A stretch of 64,000 nucleotides of DNA from assembly GCA_951812955.1 (NCBI GenBank), contig OX638340.1, positions 3,168,001 through 3,232,000 on the forward strand. The letters run 5' to 3'. Shown here piece by piece: positions 56,560 to 64,000 of the stretch; the stretch's first letter is position 1; each line of letters starts with the position of its first letter. The DNA is from an uncultured Gemmatimonadota bacterium. Lineage in GTDB: Bacteria > JAAXHH01. The translations under genes and the position numbers were made by a program. The notes under the pieces were generated by a model. It made no database searches and was not told the DNA's origin. It saw only the letters and a list, made by a program, of their open reading frames with translations.

Positions 56560-58551
56560 ATGGCCTACGCCGATACCCTCTTCGACGACTACTATCTGAA
56601 GTACGCCTCCTATTTCATCAAGGACCGCGCAATACCGGAGATCGACGACGGCCTTAAGCCGGTACAGCGCCGCATACTCCATACCCTCTTCGAGATGGAC
56701 GACGGGAAGTACCACAAGGTCGCCAACGTGGTGGGCCAGACCATGCGGTACCATCCCCACGGGGACCAGTCGATCTTCGGGTCGCTGGTCAACCTGTCCA
56801 ACAAGGACATGTTCATCGATAAGCAGGGCAACTTCGGGTCGATCCTGACCGGCGACCCCGCCTCTGCCGCCCGGTACATCGAATGCCGCCTGACGCCGCT
56901 GGCCAAGGAGGTGCTGTACGACCCGGAAATCACCGAATTCGTGGATTCCTATGACGGGCGCAACCGGGAGCCGGTGGCTTTTCCGGCGAAGATTCCCGTG
57001 CTCCTCGCCCTGGGCGCCGAAGGCATCGCCTCGAGCATGGCGACCCGGATCCTGCCCCACAACCTCATCGAGCTCATGGAGGCCCAGATCGCCTGTCTCG
57101 GGGACGAACCTTTCGAGATCCTGCCCGATTTTCCCACGGGGGGCCTGGTAGACGCCTCGGAATACAACGACGGCAACGGGAAGGTGATGGTCCGTGCCAG
57201 CCTGGACGTGCGGGATCCCAAGCGTATCGTCATCCGCCAGTTGCCCTTCGGTTCGACCACCGAAAGTCTGATCGCTTCCATCGAGGCGGCCGCGAAGAAG
57301 AACAAGCTCAAGATCGCCGGCATCTCCGACTTCACGGCGGACGAGGTTGAAATCGAAATCCGGCTGGCGCGGGGCGTGCACTCCGAGGAAACGGTGGATG
57401 CCCTCTACGCCTTCACCGACTGCGAGTCGTCCATATCCACCAACGTGCTTCTCATCCGGGATGGCCACCCCTGCATACTGCCCGTTACCGACGTCCTGAA
57501 GCACAATACCCGCAGGCTCCTGGAGATCCTCGAGGCTGAGCTTAAAATCGAGCGCAAGCAGTTGCACGCGAAACTCCGCGCGAAGACGCTTGAGCAGCTT
57601 TTTATCAAGGAGCGGATCTACAAACGCATCGAGGAGGTACGGGAACAGGACAAGATCCATGATGCGATCCGGGAGGGATTCGAGCCCTTCGAGTCCAAGG
57701 TGAAGGACCTGACTCCCGAAGATATCGATACGTTGCTCAAGGTACCGATCCGCCGGATCTCCCTGTACGACATAAACCGCGCCAATGAGGAGATGAAGGG
57801 CATAAGGAACCGCCTGCGCGAGATCCGGGATCACCTGGGTCATCTCTCGGCCTATGCGGTCACGCTGCTCGAAGGGCTCATCGAGCGGTACAGGGAGGCC
57901 TTTCCGCGCCGAACGACCCTCGCTTCCTTCAAGCGGGTAGACGCGCGGGAAGCGGCGCAGCGGAACCTCGCACTGAAGTATGACCGGACGACCGGGTATC
58001 TCGGTTACGGTCTGAACACCGGCGACACCCTCTTCGACGTATCGCCGTACGACCGCGTGCTCGTGATCCGCAAGACAGGCGCCTACGCGCTCCACGACGA
58101 GATCGAACGGCTCTTCGTGGACAAGGGCATGCTGTACTGCGGGTTCGTCGATCCCGAGCGCGTGTTCACGATGATCTACCGGGACAGGAAAGGCCATCCC
58201 TATGTCAAACGGTGCAAGCTGGAAAAGTTCATTCTGAACCGGGGATACGAACTGGTTCCCGATGGCTGCCGGATCCTGCACCTGACCACCGACGAGGACG
58301 TCACGGCGACGGTTACCTTCAAGCCCACGCCCCGCATGCGGGTTTTCGAGGAGGTCTTCGACCTGGCCATCTTTCCGGTCAGGGGGAACCGGGCCAAGGG
58401 CATCCGCCTGGCCCCCAAGGCACTCAAGGGCGTGAAACTGTCCCGGAGACCGGAACGGGGAGATACTCCGGATCAATCGGAAGCTGCTTCAAACCCGGAG
58501 GATCCCGGCCGGTCCGCGCACCGGGCCGATCCCAAGGAAGGAAAGGACTGA
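56560..58551 (+). CDS. Type IIA topoisomerase A subunit (ParC/GyrA family; short, lacking most of the C-terminal wrapping domain).
   Basis: PVQRRILHT…RYHPHGDQSIF and AARYIECRLT (the active-site Tyr region) are present. At 663 aa it is shorter than GyrA at ~850 aa. Confidence 0.85.
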   Translation: MAYADTLFDDYYLKYASYFIKDRAIPEIDDGLKPVQRRILHTLFEMDDGKYHKVANVVGQTMRYHPHGDQSIFGSLVNLSNKDMFIDKQGNFGSILTGDPASAARYIECRLTPLAKEVLYDPEITEFVDSYDGRNREPVAFPAKIPVLLALGAEGIASSMATRILPHNLIELMEAQIACLGDEPFEILPDFPTGGLVDASEYNDGNGKVMVRASLDVRDPKRIVIRQLPFGSTTESLIASIEAAAKKNKLKIAGISDFTADEVEIEIRLARGVHSEETVDALYAFTDCESSISTNVLLIRDGHPCILPVTDVLKHNTRRLLEILEAELKIERKQLHAKLRAKTLEQLFIKERIYKRIEEVREQDKIHDAIREGFEPFESKVKDLTPEDIDTLLKVPIRRISLYDINRANEEMKGIRNRLREIRDHLGHLSAYAVTLLEGLIERYREAFPRRTTLASFKRVDAREAAQRNLALKYDRTTGYLGYGLNTGDTLFDVSPYDRVLVIRKTGAYALHDEIERLFVDKGMLYCGFVDPERVFTMIYRDRKGHPYVKRCKLEKFILNRGYELVPDGCRILHLTTDEDVTATVTFKPTPRMRVFEEVFDLAIFPVRGNRAKGIRLAPKALKGVKLSRRPERGDTPDQSEAASNPEDPGRSAHRADPKEGKD

Positions 58552-58552
58552 C

Positions 58553-59533
58553 ATGACCCTGGAGATGCGCATCGGCCTCGGGCAGTTCAACGTGCTCACC
58601 GACGAGAAACTGGCCTACATCAAGCAACTGGGCGCCGACGATTTCCTCATGAATACGCCGAAGCTGCCCGGCGATGAGCGCTGGGAACTGACGGACCTGG
58701 TCGACCTGAAACGGCGGGCGGATGACGCCGAGTTGCGGCTCATGGCGCTGGAAAACGTGCCGGTTACATTCTACGACAGGGCCATGCTGGGCTTGCCGGG
58801 CCGCGACAGCCAGATCGAGAACATGAAGTACACCATCCGGAACATGGGCCGGGCGGGCATTCCCATCCTGGGGTATCACTGGATGCCCAGCGCCGTGTGG
58901 CGCACCCCGGATCCCGCCGTACTCCGCGGCGGGGCAACGGCCACACGCTTCGATTTCGAGGCGCATAGGGACGCGGAACTCACCCATGGCCGCGTTTTCA
59001 CGGCCGACGAGATGTGGGAGAACTACGTATACTACATGTCGAGGATCCTGCCGGTTGCCGAGGAAAGTAACGTCAAGCTCGCCGTGCATCCGGACGACCC
59101 GCCCGTACCCATGCTGGGCGGCGTGGCCCGGATCTTCAGCAGCTTCGAGGGGTTCAAGCGGGCCATGGACGCCTTTGACAGCCCGTACCATGGCCTCGAT
59201 TTCTGCATGGGCTGCTGGTCGGAGATGGGCGGCCATGACTACGTGTTAAAGGCCGTTCGGCACTTCGGCGGCCAGGGCAAAATCATCTACGTCCATTTCC
59301 GTGACGTGCAGGGAAACGTCCCCTGTTTCAACGAGTGCTTCATCAACGAGGGCAACGTCGACCCCTACGAGGTCATGAAAACCCTGAAAGACGTCGGTTT
59401 CACTGGGTTTATGATCACCGACCACGTCCCGGACTTCGTGGATGATACCGACTGGAATCACCGGGGGCGCGCCTACGCCATCGGGTACATGACGGCCATG
59501 TTGGAAATGGTCAACAAGTTGCGGCCGGCCTAG
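58553..59533 (+). CDS. uxuA: D-mannonate dehydratase.
   Basis: The protein is MTLEMRIGLGQF...HWMPSAVWRT...HPDDPP..., typical of UxuA. Its stop overlaps the convergent DUF5916 gene end. Confidence 0.85.
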   Translation: MTLEMRIGLGQFNVLTDEKLAYIKQLGADDFLMNTPKLPGDERWELTDLVDLKRRADDAELRLMALENVPVTFYDRAMLGLPGRDSQIENMKYTIRNMGRAGIPILGYHWMPSAVWRTPDPAVLRGGATATRFDFEAHRDAELTHGRVFTADEMWENYVYYMSRILPVAEESNVKLAVHPDDPPVPMLGGVARIFSSFEGFKRAMDAFDSPYHGLDFCMGCWSEMGGHDYVLKAVRHFGGQGKIIYVHFRDVQGNVPCFNECFINEGNVDPYEVMKTLKDVGFTGFMITDHVPDFVDDTDWNHRGRAYAIGYMTAMLEMVNKLRPA

Positions 59534-62223
59534 AGTGAAAACCAGTAGTTGAATTTCAGCAGGAAGATGTTCGACGGATAGGTGTCGAACAGGTCGTTCA
59601 GATCCTGCCCGGCCGAAAACCCGCCTGTGCCGCCCGAGCGGCTGCGCTGCTGCTGCCACACGAGAAACAGGGTCGAGCCCGGCGTATATTCCCAACGCAA
59701 GACCAGGTTGGAACGGAACTGGCGGAAATTGAAGTCGGGATCGTCGAAGGAGTAGTCCGTCTGCCCGTCCTGGTTTTCGTCCACGCGATAAACCTCGTCC
59801 GAATCGTCGTATGCCAGCTGGTCGTTCGAAAACACGTCGAACCGGTCGCTGAATCGGGAGGACCGCGTGTCCGTGATACGCTTGAACCGGGTGTAGCGGC
59901 CGGCCGATACGAAAGGCTGGCCGTAGTACTGGATGGACATGTTGTTGGTGATGCTGTAGTTGAGCCGGATCCCGATCCCCAGCGTCTTCTGGTCGACGCG
60001 ACCCAGCAGGTAGCGACTGTCATCCCGGAACGATTCGTTGGACACGTACTGCAACTCGTTCCAGTTGGTATTGAAAAACGGATTGATGCGGATGTTCATG
60101 GCGTTGCTCGGCCGGTACCGCATGGATAGATACGTCCAACTCGAGCGTCCCGCGTCATCGCGGCGCCGGTTGTAGCCGCCGCCAATGCCGAAACTGACGG
60201 GCTTGCGTCCATCGGTGTCGACATCGAGGTTGAACTCCACGTATCCCGGTGTCTTCACCGACGGGCCGCCGCGCAGGGCGGTGGTGGACAAACCCTCGAA
60301 TTCCGAGTTCATGTTCATCCACACCCACCAGTAATTGCTGAACTGGCCGCCCCCGTTGATGTTGCCGCCCAGGAATTTACGTTCCCTGCCGAAGTTGAAC
60401 CCCTGCCACTGGTTCATGAATACGTTGAACTGGCGGAAGATCCGATTCGGTTTTTCCGACCGGTAACCAAACCAACTGGTCTGCATGAAGACGTCGGCCT
60501 GGCGCAGGAAGCCCACGTCGTTAAGCTCGAGACCTGGCGAGCGCCAGGTTCCGGAGATCCCCATGTTCCACGGGCTGTTTCCCGATCGGCCTATGCCGAA
60601 GCTCCCGCCATGGCCGCTCATGGCGGTCAGCGTGGAATCCAGCGCCACGTAGGAAGCGTCGGGACGCTGGTAGTACCGCGCCGAATTGCGCTGCACGCGG
60701 ATAAGCGCTTCCGGTTCGCCCCGGATGTGGCTGAACGACATGCTCGCGTTGAGCCAGTAGGTCCGGTCGCTCCACTGGTGGCGGAAATCGATCCCGCCCG
60801 TGTAGGCCGCCCGGTTGAGGAAATCGAAGTGGGCCTTGTTGTTGTTCCGGTTGGTCGCCGTGAGCATTGTGCCCAGCGCCGTCTCCCCGTCGTTGAAGTC
60901 CTGCTGAATGCGCGCGACCAGGTAGTTGGTCAGCGGTTCCACGGATTCCTCGCTCCGCGCGCCATCCGTGTCTATTCTGGCGGTGGCTTCCCCGGTAACC
61001 GCTTCCACGATGCCGAGGGACAGGCCGCCCGGTGTCTTCCCGGTGATCTTCGCGGCGGCGAGTATGGGCGTATTCCGGGGCATGTCCATGGACTGGCCGT
61101 CCGAGAGGTCCGGATTCCGCTGGGGGGACCGGCCGATTCGCCGTGAGTAGAACAACTGGTCGTTCCGGAAAGGGCCGCCGCCGCCAACGCCGAACTCGGT
61201 GATGTTCTTTCCTTCGACGAACAGGGGCCGGCGTTCTTCGAAAAACAACTCGAAGGCCGACAGGTTGACCCTCGAAGGGTCCGCCTCGACCTGGCCGAAG
61301 TCAGGGTTCACGGCCAGATCCATGGTCAGGTTGCCGGCCAGCCCGATCTTGCCGTCCAGTCCGATGCGCCCGTCGGCGCTCTGGCCGTCGCGGAAGGGAT
61401 TTCGCGCCTCGGCCTGGAACCGGTTGAGGTCACCCACCACATAGGGCAGGATCTCAATCCGGTGGGAAGACTCGATGCCTTCCAGTCCGCGCAGTTCACC
61501 GAAAAGGCTGACCCAGCCCGGCGAATTGCGGTGGATGTGCTGCCAGCCCGAACGCTCCTCGCGGCGGTAGAGCCTTCTCTGGACCTGGAGGCCCCATACC
61601 TGTCCCTCCTCGCCGGAGAACCTCAACTGGCTCAGGGGTATGCGCATCTCGGCGAGCCATCCCTCTTCGTCGATGGTGGACGCGCCGTACCATACGGGAT
61701 CCCAGCTCGCGTCCCAGTCGTCTCCGTCGTTCGATATGGCTTCGTCGCCCCGGCCTCCGGAGGCGGTCAGCGTAAAGGAAAAGGCCGTGCGCTTGTCGTG
61801 ATAGCTGTCGAAATGAATCTCGACCCAGTCGTTGTCCCAGTCGTCCCGCCGAGTTACGCGGCTGGTGATCCGGTCCGGTTCGGTATCGAAGGCACGGATC
61901 AGCACGTAGAGGTTGTGATCGTCGAAGAGGATTTTGAAAGCCGTCTGCTGCGTGGGTTCCGCGCCGTCATCGGGATCAAGCTGGGTAAATTCGCCGGACC
62001 ATTTGACGTCGTCCCAGGCTTGATCATCTCCCCTACCATCGATATCGGGAGGCAGGGACGCGATATGCCGCGTGTTGTACACCCGTCTTTCCGGTGCCGG
62101 TTGATTTGCTTCGGATTCCACCGGCCCCACGATGGCCAGGGTGATCAGGATCGTCATCCACCGTTGCAGGTTGTTCAGAAACAATGTATTGCCTCCAGCC
62201 AGTTTCAAGTCATTGCCGACCAT
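59530..62223 (-). CDS. DUF5916 / CBM9-like domain protein (exported carbohydrate-binding or hydrolase-like).
   Basis: A CBM9-like N-terminus (…DGRGDDQAWDDVKWSGEFTQLDPDDGAEPT…) is followed by DUF5916 hallmarks (…MDLAVNPDFGQVEADPSRVNLSAFELFFEERRPLF…). The track's 5' extension to 62616 is Arg-rich and unlikely to be translated. The start is at ATG 62223 or ATG 62157. Confidence 0.6.
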   Translation of the reverse strand: MVGNDLKLAGGNTLFLNNLQRWMTILITLAIVGPVESEANQPAPERRVYNTRHIASLPPDIDGRGDDQAWDDVKWSGEFTQLDPDDGAEPTQQTAFKILFDDHNLYVLIRAFDTEPDRITSRVTRRDDWDNDWVEIHFDSYHDKRTAFSFTLTASGGRGDEAISNDGDDWDASWDPVWYGASTIDEEGWLAEMRIPLSQLRFSGEEGQVWGLQVQRRLYRREERSGWQHIHRNSPGWVSLFGELRGLEGIESSHRIEILPYVVGDLNRFQAEARNPFRDGQSADGRIGLDGKIGLAGNLTMDLAVNPDFGQVEADPSRVNLSAFELFFEERRPLFVEGKNITEFGVGGGGPFRNDQLFYSRRIGRSPQRNPDLSDGQSMDMPRNTPILAAAKITGKTPGGLSLGIVEAVTGEATARIDTDGARSEESVEPLTNYLVARIQQDFNDGETALGTMLTATNRNNNKAHFDFLNRAAYTGGIDFRHQWSDRTYWLNASMSFSHIRGEPEALIRVQRNSARYYQRPDASYVALDSTLTAMSGHGGSFGIGRSGNSPWNMGISGTWRSPGLELNDVGFLRQADVFMQTSWFGYRSEKPNRIFRQFNVFMNQWQGFNFGRERKFLGGNINGGGQFSNYWWVWMNMNSEFEGLSTTALRGGPSVKTPGYVEFNLDVDTDGRKPVSFGIGGGYNRRRDDAGRSSWTYLSMRYRPSNAMNIRINPFFNTNWNELQYVSNESFRDDSRYLLGRVDQKTLGIGIRLNYSITNNMSIQYYGQPFVSAGRYTRFKRITDTRSSRFSDRFDVFSNDQLAYDDSDEVYRVDENQDGQTDYSFDDPDFNFRQFRSNLVLRWEYTPGSTLFLVWQQQRSRSGGTGGFSAGQDLNDLFDTYPSNIFLLKFNYWFSL

Positions 62224-62616
62224 CGATTCCCGCGCTGCAACTATGACAAGGGAACGGTCGAAAAGGTTGCGTTTTTTCGACCTGCGCGGTCTCACGATGC
62301 GACGTCGGCGCCGAGACGTACTGCATACACTCCGGCGGGCCTTCTTATTCACATAACCCTTCCGGTTTTCCCCGGAGCGGATGCACTTGTCCTTTCTACC
62401 CGGCCGGCGACGGGCATACGGTGCGGTACGGTGCGGAATATGCTTTTGCCTGACGGAATCACGACTGCATATTACAGGACAGGTGGTACAGGTCCCGCCT
62501 ATCGCGCAGTGACGATCGCGATACGGTATTCCGCACGACCCGTTCCGCCAGGCGCGGCGTCCGCGCGCCCGTAACCCGTGCAGTTCCCCACACTCCGCAG
62601 TACGTGGAGATCCCAC

Positions 62617-64000
62617 ATGTCAGGTGGTCGACTGAACGTACTCTTCATCATGACCGACCAGATGCGGGCGGACTGCATGTCCCGCGTCGGCCACGCCGTG
62701 GTCCGAACGCCCCACCTCGACGGGCTCGCGTCCGACGGCGTCCTCTTCCGCCGGGCCTATGTGCAATCGGCCGTATGCGGTCCCAGCCGCATGTGCTTCT
62801 ACACGGGCCGGTATCCCCACGCCAACCGGTCGCCGTGGAACGAAGTGCCCCTGCCCGCGGACGAGAAGACCATGGGCCACTACTTCGGCGACGCGGGCTA
62901 CCGCGCGGCCCTGTGCGGCAAGACGCACTACACGCCCGATCCGTTAGTCGATCCCTCGGCGCAACCTGAACAGGGGATCCGCCGGACGGCCCTTGCCGGC
63001 CTGGAACCCTGGGAGTTGAACGATGGCCGGGGCGAAGGTTGGCTGGCGCATCTCAGAAGCCGGGGATACGCCGAGGAGGTCGCCGGCGATCCGTTCCGGG
63101 TGGACATGCCCGCGGATGCCGACCGGGACCATTCCGCCTACCCCACGCGGTTCAGGCGGGAAGACAGCGATACCGCGTTCATGACGGACCGGGCCATGGC
63201 CTTCATGGACGGGGCCGGGGATTCGCCCTGGTTTCTGCACCTCTCCTACTTCAAGCCCCACCTGCCCATCGTGGCGCCCTATCCGTACAACGAGCTGTAC
63301 GATCCCGCCGATTCCCCCGCCCCGAACCGGTCGCCGGAGGAACTGGAGCGTCCCCATCCTTTCCACGTCCCCTTCCGTATCGAACGCGGCGGCGTGGCCT
63401 ACGACGACGAGGACGTGTGGCGCCAGCGAAGGGCGACCTACTACGGGCTGATTACGGAGATCGACGACCACCTGGGCAGGCTGTTCCACTTCATGAAGGA
63501 CCGTGGGCTCTGGGAGAACACACTGATCGTCTTTACCTCGGACCACGGCGAATACGTGGGCGACCACTGGATGTTCGAGAAGGAACTCTTCTACGACGAA
63601 GCGTACAACGTGCCCTTCATCGTCCGCGACCCCCGTTCCTGCGCCGACGGTACGCGCGGGAGGATGATGGACGAATTCGTCGAATCCCTCGACGTCCTGC
63701 CGACCTGCCTGGACGCGTGCGGTCTGGAGACGCCGCCCGTCCTGCAGGGCCGTTCGCTCGTTCCCCTCCTGCGAGGCGAACATGGGTCCGGCTGGCGCAA
63801 AGAAGTCTTCGCCGACTGGGACTTCCGGTTCTACTGGACGCCGAAGAAACTCGGCATCCCGTCGGAGAAATGCCGGGGATGGATGGTGCGGGACGACCGG
63901 TTCAAGTACTGGCATTTCAACGGCATGCCCGACGTGCTATTCGACCTGGCGACGGATCCCGGAGAACTTCGGAATGTCGCCGGCGATCCCCGTTATGCAG
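62617..64000 (+). CDS. Sulfatase (arylsulfatase/choline-sulfatase family), partial at the 3' edge.
   Basis: I translated it by hand from ATG 62617: MSGGRLNVLFIMTDQMRADCMS…SAVCGPSRMCFYTGRYP (the CxPxR motif) …GKTHY…FTSDHGE…. The frame is open to the window end. The track does not list it because it is edge-truncated. Confidence 0.85.
   Translation, partial: MSGGRLNVLFIMTDQMRADCMSRVGHAVVRTPHLDGLASDGVLFRRAYVQSAVCGPSRMCFYTGRYPHANRSPWNEVPLPADEKTMGHYFGDAGYRAALCGKTHYTPDPLVDPSAQPEQGIRRTALAGLEPWELNDGRGEGWLAHLRSRGYAEEVAGDPFRVDMPADADRDHSAYPTRFRREDSDTAFMTDRAMAFMDGAGDSPWFLHLSYFKPHLPIVAPYPYNELYDPADSPAPNRSPEELERPHPFHVPFRIERGGVAYDDEDVWRQRRATYYGLITEIDDHLGRLFHFMKDRGLWENTLIVFTSDHGEYVGDHWMFEKELFYDEAYNVPFIVRDPRSCADGTRGRMMDEFVESLDVLPTCLDACGLETPPVLQGRSLVPLLRGEHGSGWRKEVFADWDFRFYWTPKKLGIPSEKCRGWMVRDDRFKYWHFNGMPDVLFDLATDPGELRNVAGDPRYA

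Noticed and set aside
54496-58476. A 1326-aa ORF on the minus strand spanning both topoisomerase genes.
   Set aside because: It is an antisense shadow ORF produced by high GC and stop-poor composition. The plus-strand genes carry unambiguous GyrB/GyrA-family motifs. The antisense translation is low-complexity Arg/Gly/Val-rich.}
62604-62969. A plus-strand ORF of 121 aa at the 3' end.
   Set aside because: It is in the wrong frame. The real gene is the sulfatase starting at ATG 62617 in frame +1 relative to it (CxPxR motif), open to the window edge.}

Overview
This 64-kb window is high-GC (about 65%) bacterial chromosomal DNA. Most of it is gene-dense core and CAZyme-type content. The 5' 2.7 kb on the minus strand is the start of a giant secreted protein made of He_PIG/cadherin-like Ig repeats with a DPDGDxLTYS motif. 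Next come a peptidase M15A gene, a two-domain AXE1-like alpha/beta hydrolase, a sugar-phosphate isomerase and a cupin protein. After the first accessory regions there are a PHP-like hydrolase, a nitrilase-superfamily hydrolase, SixA, RmuC, an RraA-like protein, an Sfp-type PPTase, an amidohydrolase, a DgoD-like dehydratase, a diheme cytochrome c and a VWA membrane-protein operon. The conserved run eno-ftsB-recO-pfkB follows. Then come two sulfatases (one partial at the 3' edge), a GNAT-fused giant protein, map, a DRE-TIM aldolase, an M20 peptidase, an acyl-CoA dehydrogenase, a type IIA topoisomerase B/A pair, uxuA and a DUF5916/CBM9-like protein. The accessory content is concentrated in three places. 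(1) An ~11-kb lower-GC island at ~9.0-20.2 kb carries, all on the + strand: an AT-rich HEPN-like (Rx4HG) membrane-anchored protein, RadC, a UvrD-type SF1 helicase fused to a Cas4/RecB-like Fe-S PD-(D/E)xK nuclease (translationally coupled to RadC), a complete Type III restriction-modification pair (mod/res), and an orphan VapC-type PIN gene whose start overlaps the res stop; a 700-bp GC-rich non-coding stretch follows. (2) A 1.1-kb AT-rich two-gene cassette at 25.1-26.2 kb encodes a 291-aa protein with a PIN-like C-terminus and a 66-aa partner. (3) A DUF4143 AAA ATPase sits next to a HicA/HicB toxin-antitoxin pair. I consider the RadC plus helicase-nuclease operon, embedded with HEPN, Type III R-M and PIN genes, the best candidate for an undescribed defence module. 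I found no rRNA, tRNA, CRISPR array or transposase. Several very large antisense ORFs in the track are shadow ORFs caused by high GC.
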